Positions 46,762 to 61,830 of a DNA stretch of 64,000 nt are shown in pieces; the first letter of the stretch is position 1, and each line of letters starts with the position of its first letter. Position numbers and translations under genes: made by a program. The stretch lies in NCBI RefSeq assembly GCF_009914755.1, contig NC_060934.1; one strand, 5' to 3'. This DNA comes from the human T2T-CHM13v2.0 reference genome, Homo sapiens. The notes beneath the pieces were generated by a model that was given only the letters and a program-made list of their open reading frames with translations, had not been told where the DNA came from and made no database searches.

Positions 46762-47648
46762 ACAGTAGGTATGGGGAATTATGATACGATTAAATTCTGA
46801 CTTCTCATAAGAAACAGTGAGGGCAAGAAGACAATAGAATGGCATTTATAAAATGCTAGAAGGAAAAGAACTGTCAACCTAGACTTCTGTATCCAGTGAA
46901 AACATCCTTCAAAAGGGATAGTAAATCCTCTTCCCCTTGCCTTAGCCCTAAAGCCAGTAAGTGGAGCACACAAAACCATTGTGTGTGGCAGAACAAAGTA
47001 GTCATCCATGATATTGCCAGAAAGAAACTCTATGATCTTAACCATGCCTACAATATGGACACAAACTGTTCACATTTGTTCATATATATGGCCTCAATTA
47101 GCAGGTGAGCCAACAAGGTTGTTTTAATGGTCCACCATGGAGTGTTAGAGCACAAGAAGGATGAAGAGAGAATCTCTCTAAGTGTAGGGGGAAACAGTCA
47201 CAAGATATTAGAACCTAAATAGAGTGATTGAAGCAATCTTTAGTGGTGCAACCCAACGCGGGAAGTCAGAACCCTAGCAGAATAAGGGGAATATCCCCAC
47301 TGAGAATTAGCCTGGTATGTGGGGACAGAGACTGAAAAGTGTGAAAGAAAGTGCCAATATAGTAGAGCAGCATGACAGGAGATCAAAAGCTGAGCAGGGT
47401 GAGGAGGGCAGACATACTAGGGGAAGGTGGCCTAACATGGGGAACTAGAGCCTGAATGGGGTGAAGAGAACATTTTGGAGGCTGGGTAATCCAGCATGGT
47501 AAATCAGAACAAGCACAGGGTGAAGAGAGCATCTGCAAAGGGGAGGAGATGGGGATGATTATGAAAGCTTGGTTACATACAGGGAAATTGATCAAATAAG
47601 TAAGGACGGAGGTCAGTTTCTCACTGTCAATGAAGAGAATTATAAATA

Positions 47649-48079
47649 CAGTTGACCCTTGAATAACATGGGTTTGAGCTGTGTGGGACCACTTAACATG
47701 TGGGTTTCCTTCCATCTCTGCCACCCCTGAGACAGCAAGGCCAACGCCTCTTCTTCCTCCTCCTCCTCAGCCTGTTCAACGTGAAGATGACCAAGATGAA
47801 GATCTTTATGAAGATTCACTTCCACTTAATGAATAGTAATTATATTTTCTCTTCCTTAGAATTTTCTTAATAACATTTTCTTTTCTCTAGCTTACATTAT
47901 TGTAAGAAATCAGTATATAACAACAAAATATGTGCTAATTGTTTATGCTATTGGTAAGGCTTCTGGTCAACAGTAGGCTATTAGTAGCTAAGTTTTGGGG
48001 AAGCCAAAAGTTATACACAGATTTTCGACTGCATGGAGGGTTAGCGTCTCTAACCCCTGTGTTGTTCAAGGGACAGCTC
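47649..48079. mobile_element. Tigger2a-like element
   Basis: TIRs cagttgacccttgaa and ttcaagggacagctc, flanked by TA. Confidence 0.85.
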
Positions 48080-51000
48080 TAGGAAGAAAAAACTACAAAT
48101 AAACAAATCTACAATCATGATTGAAAATTTTCACACCCCTTTCTCAGGAGTTGATAAAATAAAATTTAAAAAATGATAAAGATAGAAAAGACTGAAAAAA
48201 CACACTTAACCAATTTCACTTAATCAACATTTTAAAAGCATTGCATAAAACTACTGCAGAATACACAGTTTTCTCTCAGTGCAAATGGAATATTGACAAA
48301 TACAGACCAGACAGCTGAGTCATAAAGCCTAATATGAAAGAACTGAAATCACATATAATATCATCCCTGACCTTGTGGTTTTAAACTAGAAATCAATAAC
48401 AACATGGGATCTGGAAAATAACCAGTTTTAGAAATTAAGCAGCACTTGTAAATAATCCCTGGGTCCAAGGTAAATCACACAAAAAATAGAAACTATTTTG
48501 AATTAAATAAAAATGAAATCACAACTTATGTTTGTGGGATGAGGCTAAAACTGTGCTTAAAGAAAAATGTATACCTTTAAAAAATTATATAAGACAAGAA
48601 TTGGCCTATAATACCAATGAACACAGCTTTTACCTTAAGAAGCTAGAAAAAGAAGCAAAAGTTAAACACAAATAAGTACAATAAATAAAGTAATTAAAAA
48701 TAAAGGCAGATATTAATGAAACAGGGAATAGACAAAAATAGAGAAAATAAAGTCAAAAGTAGGTTCTTTTAAAAGGTGAATAAAAATGGTAAACCACTAA
48801 AGAAAGGTTGACAAACTTTTTCAGTAAAGGTCCAGATAGTAAATATTGTAGGCTTTGTAGGTAACATATAAGCTCTATTGAATAGTCTTTGCTTTGTTTT
48901 TGTTTTTGTTTGAAAAACCAATTGAAAATATAAAGATAATTAGCTCACAGATTATTTTTTTAATGGACCATGGTCCTCCCAAAAAAGAGACTGATGGAGA
49001 GAGAGAAAAATGAGAACTACTATCATTATAGAATCTACAAAGATTAAAAGAATAATAAAATGAATAATACAAGGATATTGCAATAATTTTAGGCTAAGAA
49101 ATAAAATAAAATGAACATATTTCCAAATTACCAAAACTGACCCAAGAAGGAATTGAAAATCTACATAGTGCCATATCTTTAAATAAATTGAATTTGTAAT
49201 TTTAAAAACCAATTAAAAAGGAATCCTTTTCATAAAAAAAACTCCAACTTAGATAATTCTGCTAAGTGAATTATATCAATATTTAAGAAAAAATAATCCT
49301 ACACGAAATCTATCAGAAAACAAAGAGAAAAAATAATTTCTCAACTTGTCCTATAGGGCCTGCATAAACCTGATACTAACACTTGACAAAGACATTACAA
49401 GGAAAGAAAACTACAAATCAACATATCTCATGAACATAAACACAAAATATAAAATATCAGCAACATGAACGCAAGAATGCATGAAAAAGGTAATGCAATA
49501 TGATCAGAGTGATTTTATCCAAGGAATAGAAGTTTGGCTCATCCTTCCAAAACAAATCATGGTGAGTCACTTTATTAATAGAACAAAAGAAAAATCACCT
49601 TATTTATTTATAGAACAAAAGAAAAATCATCTGATCATCTCAATAGATAAAAAGCATCGTATAAAATTCAAAAATCTATTTTTATTAAAATATAACTCTC
49701 ACAGCAAACTAGGAATAGAAGGAAACTTTTTCAATCTGATAAAACATCTACAAAAACCTACCACTAACATCACACTTAATGGTGAAAAATTGAATGCTTT
49801 CTCCCCAAGATTAGGTACAGAACATATATGTTTGCACTCATTTGATTGTAACAGAGGTCTTGGCCTGCCTAATAAAGCACACACAAAAAAGAAATAACAG
49901 ACATAAGGATTGTGGGGGGAAGTGAACTGTCATTATTTGCAGATTATGTATTTCTACATGTAGAAAACCCTATGGTATCTACAAAAAAAATTGGAAAAAA
50001 TAAAGTTAGCAAGTTTGCCAGCATACATAAAGGTATATTTGAATATACAAAGGTATATTCAAAAATTAATTATGTATCCATTACTTGTAAAAAAAAAAAC
50101 TGGAAAAAAATTAAAAATAATTATCAATCACAAAACCACAAATAAGTAGATAACTAGAAAAAGTATAATGGAAAATGTGCAATGCTCTACATTGCAACTA
50201 CAAGGTATTGCTGAGAGAAATGAAAGACCCAAATAAATGGCAATATATACCTCATTAATGGATTGGCAGTCTCAATATCATTAAGATTTCCATTTTCCTT
50301 AAATTAGTTCAGAAATAGACCCATTCATTTACAATCAGTTGAATTTCAACTGAGATACCAAGTTAATCAAATGAAAAATAGTGTTTTCAATAAATGGTAC
50401 TGGGACAAATGGATACTGTATGAAACAATTAATTTTGACCCCCTTTCATGCCATACTTAAAAACTAGTTTGATCACAGACAGTACAGAATCCCATGAACC
50501 TTAAAGGACAACCGAAAAATTGACCTTCCTCATATTAAAGGTTTCTGCTCAAAAGGAAGTCTTAATGCTTACTGGGGAAAAATTACTCCACAGTACATAT
50601 ATCTAATAATGCATATGTGTTCAAAATATGTAATAGACTTCAACAAAAGAGAAACAATCCAATTAAAAATGGGCAAAAGACTTTAACAGGCCACAAAACA
50701 ATATATACAAATTGGTAATAAAGATATGGAAAGTTACTCAATACCATTAGTTATCAGAAAAATGAAAATGAAATCTACAATGACATACCATTTCACCCTA
50801 TTAGAATGACTAAATTTTTTAAAGAAGACTGACAACACTAAGTATTGGCACTGGTAGGAGTGTAAAATCGTACAATCACTTTTGTGTACTATTTGGAAGT
50901 TTCTAGTAAAGTTAAACACATACTCTGTGATGACTCAGAAATTCCAATGCAAGGATATGCAATACTAATCTATAGTAATGGAAATAAAATTGGTTGAAAC

Positions 51001-51528
51001 ATAACATGAGTAAACTTTCCTGGATGAAGGACATGTTTTATAATTACTTTTGCCTGCTGGTTATATGGCTGTATACAATTATGAAAACTCACTAAACTAA
51101 ACAATTAAGTGTAAAAATAACCCGTAATTTAGAACAAAATGTCAGATAAAACACTCTATGCTTTCATTCAGATACACTCCAAACAGAAACAAAACTAAGC
51201 TATAGTTTATAGGGATGAATTCTCAAGTATAAAATTATGAAAAAGAAGCAAGGTCCTAATTACCATAAAAGGCAAAAAAAAAAGAGATATCCCCAGAGTA
51301 GAGAGAGGTGGCACTGAGTGGGCTGTGAGGACGGGCAGCCGGGAGGTTTATAATAATGACCATATTCTATTTCTTGACTTGGATGGCAGTTACATAAGTG
51401 TTTCCCTTCCAATAATTTACTAATGTGTTAATTTTCATTATTCACTTTCCTTTATGTATAGTTTACAAATTAAAAAAATTTTAAAGGCTTTTTATTTTAT
51501 TGTGAACACACATATACACGTATGCGCT

Positions 51529-51584
51529 CTCACAGTAAATAGTACTGAGAAGCCCACTCACAGTAAATAGTACTGAGAAGCCCA
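51529..51584. repeat. Perfect 28-bp tandem duplication
   Basis: ctcacagtaaatagtactgagaagccca twice. Confidence 0.95.
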
Positions 51585-52381
51585 TTCTTTCATCTATTAA
51601 TATGCGTGCATATCACAACTGGCTGGATGAGATACAGAATGTGGAAAAATAAAACCCACATAATCTTCAAATTTAAAAATCCCTAGAGCCTGTTTTAAAA
51701 TGAGAAAACCAAGATTCGGAAGATTAAATGATTCACATAATTACTCTCCATTTGACACTTTTGCATCTCAGTTAAATCTACGTGCTTTAAAAGTATGCAG
51801 ATGAAAAACAAAAATGAAAATGTGAGAGGAAAGAAAAATGTTCTTGTTGATACAAACATGTAAAACACATATTCTATTTTATGTTTTGCATAAACCCTGA
51901 AAGGTCACGAAGACTTGTTCTGTGGCAAAAGACATATCTGGGCAGCCACAGAGAGATTAAATCTCTTCTGTATACAAACAAGCATAGCTTTACTTTTTTT
52001 CTCCTTTTTACAAAGAACAAATAAACCCAATGTAAAAACTGAAAAAAAAAAACTATGTAAATGCAACATAATTATGTTTAAACCACAGAAGAGAGGAAAT
52101 TTAGAGTTACAGATTCCATGGTAAGTTTTAATTCTATCCTTGTGTATGTGAAAGAGTCTTTCATTACACGATCACATAACACTGGGCCATGTAACAATCA
52201 GTCCAACAAATGTTTACTTTACAACGTGTGGAAGGAAAATATTTTGTAAGAGAAATTGTAGGAAATTAGTATATTATTTATGTAAATTGTTAGGTAACAT
52301 TTCTTAGAATCCTGGGCACTTACAAAATATTAATAGAAATACCTGTTCCTTAATTTCCTTGATCTAAAGAACACGAAATTT

Positions 52382-52498
52382 GGAGGATCGCTTGAGCCCA
52401 GGAGTTTAAGGCTGCAGTGACCCCTCATCATGCCACTGTACTTTAGCCTGGATGACAGAGTGAGACCCCACCTCCAACGAAAAAAAAAAGAAAAAAAA
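52382..52498 (+). mobile_element. Truncated Alu right arm or FRAM
   Basis: TSD aagaaca(c/t)gaaattt on both sides. Confidence 0.85.
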
Positions 52499-53063
52499 AA
52501 GAACATGAAATTTAACTCTTTTATAGGCAGGCACTTACTCATGTTGAAAGCTAACCTTTAAATTTTAAGGATATTTTGAAGTAATGGAAAATTTAGAGCA
52601 TTAGACTTTTAGTATGTTTTGAATCATGTATGCCAGGTAGTTTGTATAAAAGAACAGTAGAGACTAAATAACTCATGAAGATCCATGAATTCCAGTAATT
52701 AAAAAAAAAAATCCTTATCAGTCTTGGAGTTTGCTGGGATTCCTGACAACTCATATATCTATATGCATATATAAATGGATTTTTTTTTAAAAAAAGGAGG
52801 AATAAATCATTTATCCTTATTTGTATAAATTATATTTCAGGTTGACAAACAGCAATCAATTCTGAGACAAACCTAGCAAAATTATTAGATTACAAAGATA
52901 AAAATCCCCAGTCCAAAAAAAAAAAAATCAAGTAATTTACAAAGGCAAAATAATTAGACAAGCATCAGACTTTTCAAAAAAATGTTATGAAGCAAGGCAA
53001 TAGAGCAGTATTTTTTTTTTTTTTTTGTAATTTAATGAAAGAACTTGGGAATCAAGAACTTTA

Positions 53064-53398
53064 GGCCGGGCGCCTTGGCTCATGCCTGTAATCCCAGTAC
53101 TTTGGGAGGCCAAGGAGGGTGGATAGCTTCAGCTCAGGGGTTCGAGACCCACGTGGGCAACATGGTGAAACCCTGTCTCTACAAAAACTACAAAAATTAG
53201 CCGGGCATGGTGGGATGTGCCTGTAGTCCCAGGCACTTGGTAGGCTGAGGTGGAAGGATATCTTGAGCCCAGAAGGTCAAGGCTGCAGTGCCACTGCATT
53301 CCAACCTGGGTGACAGAGTGAAACTCTGCCTCAAAAAAAAAAAAAAAGAAAGAAAACAAAAGAAAAAAGAAAAAAAGAAAAGAAAACAACAACAATAA
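53064..53398 (+). mobile_element. AluJ
   Basis: Alu dimer; TSD aagaacttta. Confidence 0.9.
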
Positions 53399-53738
53399 AA
53401 GAACTTTATATCTAGCAAGGCTGTCCACTGAGTATTTTTAGCAAGTTTTAACATATAAGAATTTAGGGAATTCTGCACCCCTGAGCCCTTTTTGAAGATT
53501 CTCCTAGAGGGATGAGCTCCAAACTAAGACTATAGAACTTAAGCTAATTGAATCACATATGCATAGATTATATAAGTAAATATATATGTAACTGTTGATC
53601 TAAGTTTAAAACAAAGGCAGGGTCAATGGTGGAATAATAATGTTTGAATGTTATATATAACAAAACAGAAATAATGCACTTTAAAAATGGGAGGAAAAGG
53701 AAGGGAGAAAAAGAAAAATAGAATGATCCTATTGATTA

Positions 53739-54230
<492 letters not shown>

Positions 54231-54844
54231 CTAAAGAACAACAAATTAAAGAGCAAGCAATAACAAAGAACAAAGACTGCAAATCTTATAGCAAAATATA
54301 ATTATAAAAAATTACGACATTGTTGAAACTAAACATTATTCATATCCATGAATGTGAATGCGTTTAACTCATTAAAACAAAAACTATGTTTAATTGACTC
54401 ACAAAACAAGACCCCATTTATATACTGCATGCAAGGGCACATCTAAAACAATGTGATTCAGAAAGACTAAAAAAGTGTAGATCAAGATATATCAAGCAAA
54501 TGGAAACAGTAAGAAAGCAGGGATAAATATTCTGTTACCAAACAAAGTAGAAATCAAGCCAAAACACATTAAACCTGACAAAGAACAGCACTTGAAATAT
54601 CAAAAGTCATAATTCATAACCATTAGAAACATTTATGCACCAAATAATACAGCACCTACTATAGAAGATGTAAGAAGATTTAGATAAAAGTACATTAATA
54701 ATAAGAGAATTTCATACAGCAGTTACAGCATAAGACAGATCAAGTTCACACAAAATAATAAGATAGAAGACATAAGTAATATAAAGTAGATCTAGAGAAT
54801 ACACATCAAACTCTACACTCTGTTGATAAAGAATCCCAAGCACT

Positions 54845-55126
54845 GACAGGGTACAGTGGCTCACACCTGTAATCTCAGTGCTTTGAGAAGCCAATGGGGG
54901 ATAATCACTTGAGGACAGGAGTTCAAGACCAGCCTGGACAACAGAGCAAGACCACATCTCTACAAAAAATTTTTGAAATTAGCTGGATGTGGAGGCACAT
55001 ACCTGTAGTCCTAGCTACTTGGGAGGCTGAGGTGGTAGGATTGCTTGAGTCCAGGAGTCCAAGGCTGCAGTAAGCTATGATTACACCACTGCATTCCAGG
55101 TGATAGAGAGAGACTCTGTCTAATGA

Positions 55127-55194
<68 letters not shown>

Positions 55195-55245
55195 AGGAAA
55201 GAGAAAGAAAGAAGGAAAGAGAAAGAAAGAAAGAAAGAAAGAAAG
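54845..55245 (+). mobile_element. AluJ with long (GAAA)n tail (~55125-55244)
   Basis: Alu dimer; TSD agaatccca. Confidence 0.9.
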
Positions 55246-56534
55246 AGAATCCCAGTACCCATAAAACACTCATAATAATTCATCTTCTATTGTCATTAAA
55301 AAAGCATCCATAAGCTTCATTAACAGTTGAAATAAAAAAGTCAACACACTCTGATCAAAATGTAGTATGAGAAATATCTAACAAATCAAAAAGTAAAATT
55401 CTCTGTGTAGTTAAAAAAAATTTTAAAGAAAAATTTCTCATTAATTCTATTAAGCAACTGGGCTAACAGGGGAATACAAAGTGAAATTAAGACACTTCTA
55501 AAAATGATGATAATGAAAGTACTATACATCAAAATTACAGGGTACATTTAAAGCAATGTCAAAGGAAAATTCATAACATAAGCAACTTTTATTATTTTTT
55601 AAAAAATTAAAATAATTAGAAAAATAGCTACAATATAAACCAAAAGAGACCAAAATGAATAAAGATAAAACCAGAAATTTATGTGGTAGAAAATAAAAGA
55701 ACAGTACATCCAGTTAATAAAATAAAAAATTTTCAGAAAAAAAATTCAAAATAGAGAAACCATACTAGCTAAATTGATTAGGAGGAAAAAAAAAAAAAAA
55801 AAAAAAAAAAAACAGAAGAAAGCCCACATTATACAAAAATTTAAAATGACAAGGAAAAAATAACCATTGAACCAGGAAAATTTAAACACCATTAAGAGAT
55901 TAGTTTGCAGGCCACTATTCAAATAAATTTGAAAGTTGAAAGGAAATTGAACATTTCCTAATAAAATGCAGATTTCCAAAATTGAGCTCAGTAGAATAAA
56001 AAACATAAATAGACCACTTTACATAGAAGAACTAGAGAAAGCTATTAAATAATTTTTTAAAAAACTGTAGGTCCATATAATTGCATAGGAGACTTCTACC
56101 AAACCTTCAAAGCCCAGGTAGTCCCATTGCTCAATAAACTGTTCCAGAGTATTTAAAATGAAAAAAAAAAAAAAATCCCGATTCCTTTTGTGAAGCAAGT
56201 ATAACATTGATAACTAGATTTTATAAAAAGCCAGAAAAAGAAAACAGAAAAAAGAAAAACTACAGACCAATATCACTCATGAATATTATTACAAAAATGC
56301 TAAATATTAGCTAACAGAGTCCTACCTCACATTAAGAAAAACAGTACACTATGACTAAGTGAGACTTATTCCAGGAATGCAAGGTTAGTTCAATGTTTGA
56401 AAATGCATTAATAATTCCCTATATTAATAGGAATAAGAAAAAAATCATGATGAAACATATAGAGCACAGTCCCCACAAATGCTCAGAAAGCCTTTGACAA
56501 AATTCAATTACCAATCCTAATAAAAACACTTTTT

Positions 56535-56851
<317 letters not shown>

Positions 56852-57056
56852 TGAGAGATAATTTTAATATGATAAAATACATACACTTTAAACCTAAGGT
56901 TATTCTTTTACTTCATAGAGAGACACTAGAGGCATCCCCACTAAAATTATGAACAAGACAAAGAGGATCCCTATCTCCACTACTATTCAAGAAGGTACTA
57001 GGGAATTAGCTAATGAAATTAGAGGAGATAAATCAATTTAAAGAATAAGAATTTTA

Positions 57057-57441
<385 letters not shown>

Positions 57442-58779
57442 AGAATTAACAATAAAAGGAACTCAACCAATAAGAGAATTCTGTAAAGTAGCGGGATATA
57501 GAATTATCATACAGAATTCAACGGAGCTCATTAAAAACAGCCAATCAGTCTGAGGACATGATGGCAGAGGCGGAAAAAAAAAAAACTTTTCCACAATCCA
57601 CAAAGAGGACAAAATACTTACAAATTAACCGGACAAAAATAAACAAAATTCATATGAAGAAACCTTTAAAACACTCTTCAAAGTCAAAAATCTGGACTTG
57701 AATAATGGAAGGTTTCTGAAATGTACTATGACTATGTAAGATGTTAAGGTTAAGGGAAGCTGAGTAAAGGGCATGGGAATTCTGTGTTTTGTGTTGTCTC
57801 TCTGCTTTTGCAACTTTTCCATAAGTCCAATGCTATTTCAAAGTAAAATTTAGCAGAAAATTTTTTACAAAGAAAGTAAAGATCCTGAGGTATGGAAAAA
57901 TAAATCATAGATATTTCTGAAGTTTTTAACTTAAATTTTTTTAGTTGTTTGACATTTTATAATATTTTATCAGAAAATTATGGTCCCCAAAACATAAATG
58001 TTAATGGTTTTTTGCAATGTTGGTGTGATTTTATATACTTGAAGGCCAGATTACCTCCAGATAAATTTTATAAGTATCAAATAGACATTACTTGATACTT
58101 ACAAAACAAGAAACGAAAATTCAGCACACGTAAATCTACTGTTTCATAAACTTAATGTATCAGGATACCTATTGTCCCATTTTAGATCTGGTGGTGGGGC
58201 ATAAGGCATAATTAGTATGAAATAATTTATATTGAGTTTTTAAAAGAAGTAGTCTGGAGTACTGAAAAAAGTCAATAGAGTTTTACAAAATCATTGGTTT
58301 CACAAAAATCACTTTTACTTCAGTAGCCAAACTATTAATATTAAGATGACATTTCTTATTCCTACTGAGAAACATATAAAGGAAGAGAGGTGCTATGAAT
58401 TCTACTCCACAAAGTTAATAAAACTGTGCTAAGGGTTTATATGTTTATCCTGATATGTGACCCAAGTTTTTACCATAGCCACAGCCAAATCACTAAAACA
58501 TAAAACTGCTAGTCATTAAAACAAGTTCCTAACCCATGAATTATGGAAGATTTACATAGGAGAGAGGGATTTGTCATTTCCTTACCATGTAAGACTTAAA
58601 GCTCAAAGATGCAGTAGGTCCTATAAATCTAGCAATAATAGCCATGCCTGAAACATAATGCAAAGAGTAATGCTGTCTTGATTCTTATCAAAGTTAAAAT
58701 ACTGTTTTCTGAAACTTAGTGTATTTATAAAAACACACGTGGGACGCCTATGTTCACAGGTACAAAAGGATTCACTAAC

Positions 58780-59760
58780 CTCCTTGTTGCACAAAAAAGG
58801 GAAGTTTAGTCCTTATCTTACCAGGCCTTGCTATAGAATTTAACATGTTTGACCTCTTTGTCTCCTTTAAACACTCTATTGCCTGTTTTTTCTATAACTC
58901 ACTCTTCTAGTTCCCCGCTCAACTCTCTGGCTGATGCCTGTTTCTTTACAGAGACTTTTTCTTCATTCTCCTTAATGATTGAGTTCATTCTCCTTAAATG
59001 ATTGAGTTCAATAAGCTTCTGTTTTTGTCTTTCTTTCTTCACTCTGTTTCTCTTCCTCACAACCTCTTACATATATCCATGACATAAGTTACCAAATATT
59101 CATAATATTATACACCCAACCCATCCCTCTAATCTAACTAAGCTTTAGACATGAATACCCAATTGACTAGTTGACATCACCACTTGGGTGTCCCATAGGA
59201 ACCTCAATGTCTCTACACAACCATAACTGAACTCACCATTCATTTATTATACAATAAGCATTTGTCAGGTGCCTACCCTGATCATGGTCCTGGGTTGGGC
59301 ATTGGAGGTATAATAATGAACATATTGACTTTGTCTCTCCTCTCATGAAGTTCACTCTTTCTTCAACCATCTTCTACCAGTAAGTGGTACCAATATCCAT
59401 ATAGTTACCCAAGCCAGCAAACCGAACATCATCTACGACTCCTCCCTATTCTTTGTAACTCATGTTCAGTCATTCACTTGGTCCCATCCATTCTCTTCCA
59501 TCATAGGTCTTTATTTAACCTATCGATTTCTCTATTTTTATTACATTATATTTTATAGGGTTAGTTTAAGCCACCTTCACCTCTCACCTATGATGATCCC
59601 CTAACAAGGTTTCCTGTCTCTATTAATGCTAAAAACCTTCAATGATCCTCGACTGACCTCAAAACAAAATCCAAATTAGCATGACACACAAAGACCTGAA
59701 TTATCTATTGCCTGTTCACTTATCTATGACATGCCCTCAAACCTCCTTTACTGCAGGTGA
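58780..59760 (+). mobile_element. L2 remnants
   Basis: gttgacatcaccacttgggtgtcccataggaacctcaa, gttacccaagccag. Confidence 0.6.
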
Positions 59761-59964
59761 GAGTTTAATGCGAATTATTTGCCATTTAAGGCCCCTTGTT
59801 TCAATTTATGGCAAATTAAATAACATGTCTTGATATAAGAGAAACACAATCAAGAGGCAAAATCATCTTATACAGATGAATATACATACTATGCAATCTG
59901 ACTTTCATTTTCTAGTTATGTATTATCTTTTAAAATTTCTATTAATTGAACCTATTTCTACCGC

Positions 59965-60205
59965 AACAATACTAGCCTACATTTACACACAGCACTTATT
60001 ATATGTCAGTCACTTTACTTACATAAATTCACTTAATCATCTCAACAACCCAATGACATAGGTACCATACTATCCCCATTTTATGTATATGGTGACCAAG
60101 ACACTGAGTCATTTACAATTTGCCAAAGGAAAAATAGTTGGTGAATGATGAGACTGGTATTGCAGGCAATGGTTCCAGAATCCATATGTTTAGCCATTAT
60201 ACACT
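59965..60205 (-). mobile_element. MIR
   Basis: cacttaatcatctcaacaacccaatg...tatccccattttat. Confidence 0.7.
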
Positions 60206-61433
60206 ATACGTATGAACAAAATGGGATTGTACAAGGTGTTAAACAAGAAATTCGATTGTGTAAAGGTGACATATATTAATCATGTAGACTGTACAGAAAA
60301 ATACAAAGCATTAACAAATGACCCCAAAATCCTACCATACTGAAATAACAATCATTAGCTGCTTAGGTAAATTATTCTGGATATCTCTGTATGTCTTTAG
60401 GTAGATAGAAGGATTGATGGATAGATAAGGCAGATAGATAAAACAGATGAATAGATGAGAGACGATTGATAGATAAAATAATGTTTTGTACCATGTCTAT
60501 TGACTTTTTATGTGAAAGATGATAAAATTTGCATACTTACACATCTGCCCTGAGATGACTTTGTTTTGATTTTTGTCAGTTGTATTATTAAATTATAATT
60601 ATCCATTTCTATAAAATATAGATGACTCTCCCTAATGATGATTCTTTCATTGTTTTGTCTTAGCTTAATATTTAAATGAATTCAAAGGTTTCCACTGGTA
60701 TCTTTTAGCCATAGTTTTACTATTTTAAAGTACTTTGAGTAATTTCTTGGTTGACTGGGATTTTGTCATCAAGTAGTTTTTTCAGGGAGAGCTAGAGAGT
60801 ACTACATTCACCAATCCTGTATGCTTACGAATATGATATTGCCTTCACATTTGAAGGATAACTTGGCTAATGTGAAATTCTCAGGCAATATTTTTTCTCT
60901 CTCAGGATGTTTTAATCAATGGCTTGTGTCATTAAAAGAAGATGCAGAGAAGTTTACAGCCAATGGTTTGCTTCTTTTGCCTGGATGTACTTATTTTTTC
61001 CCTTCTGAAATGCAAGTAATTTTATCAGGATATGTGTTGCTGTTGGTCTTTTTTATGTCAATATTACTAAGATCTTTTGGGGTCTTTTTGAGATAAAGAC
61101 TCACAGCAAAGTTTTCTTCTGTTATATCTTTACTTAAGATCATATTCCATTGGTTCCAACCTCTTCTTGAGGAATACCAATTACGTTTATGTTGGCTCTC
61201 CTTGGGTTCCATATTTATACATTTTTCTATTAACATTTTATATATTTTTATTTTTTATTTCCTATACATCACATTCCTGACTGTGTTTTTAGTTGTGTTT
61301 ATTATATTTCTTTTACTCCTATCCAGGCTTTTTGTTCAATGATTTTCCTATTTCTTTTCTGAGCTCTGACTACTTGCTTTTAAAACTACTTAGGTTGCCT
61401 TATAAAATCTTTTGCAAAACTTTCTATGATTTT

Positions 61434-61830
61434 GACCAGGCATGGTGGCTCACACCTATAATCCTAAGCACTTTGGAAGTTTGAGGCGGGAGGACTGCTT
61501 GAGGGCAGGAGCTTAAGAACCTGTCTTTACAAAAAAATTTTTTGAAAACAATTAGCACACCTGTAGTCCTAGCTACTTGGGAGGATGAGGGAGGAGGATT
61601 GCTTGAGCCCAAGCATTCAAGGCTGCAGTGAACAATGATGGCACCACTGCACTCCAGCCTGGGTGATAGAGTGAGACCTTGTCTCTGAAAAACAAAAACA
61701 GGCTGAGAGAATGGCGTGAACCCGGGAGGCGGAGTTTGCAGTGAGCCGAGATCATGCCACTGCACTCCAGCCTAGGCGACAGAGCCAGACTCTGTCTCAA
61801 AAAAAAAAAAAAGAAAAAGAAAAAGGCAAA
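61434..61830 (+). mobile_element. AluJ (61434-61700) with a truncated AluY-like right arm (61701-61830) in its tail
   Basis: Outer TSD aaaacttt(c/a)tat(g/a)atttt; inner piece carries Y-type gaatggcgtgaacccgggaggcggag. Confidence 0.88.

Larger units (their letters stand above)
45930..51490 (+). mobile_element. Old L1M remnants (ORF1 to 3' end) with nested insertions
   Basis: Degenerate ORF1 and ORF2 motifs; ORF 49481..49897 resembles the L1 RT region (KLGIEGNF, KPTTNITLNGEKLNAF). Confidence 0.75.
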
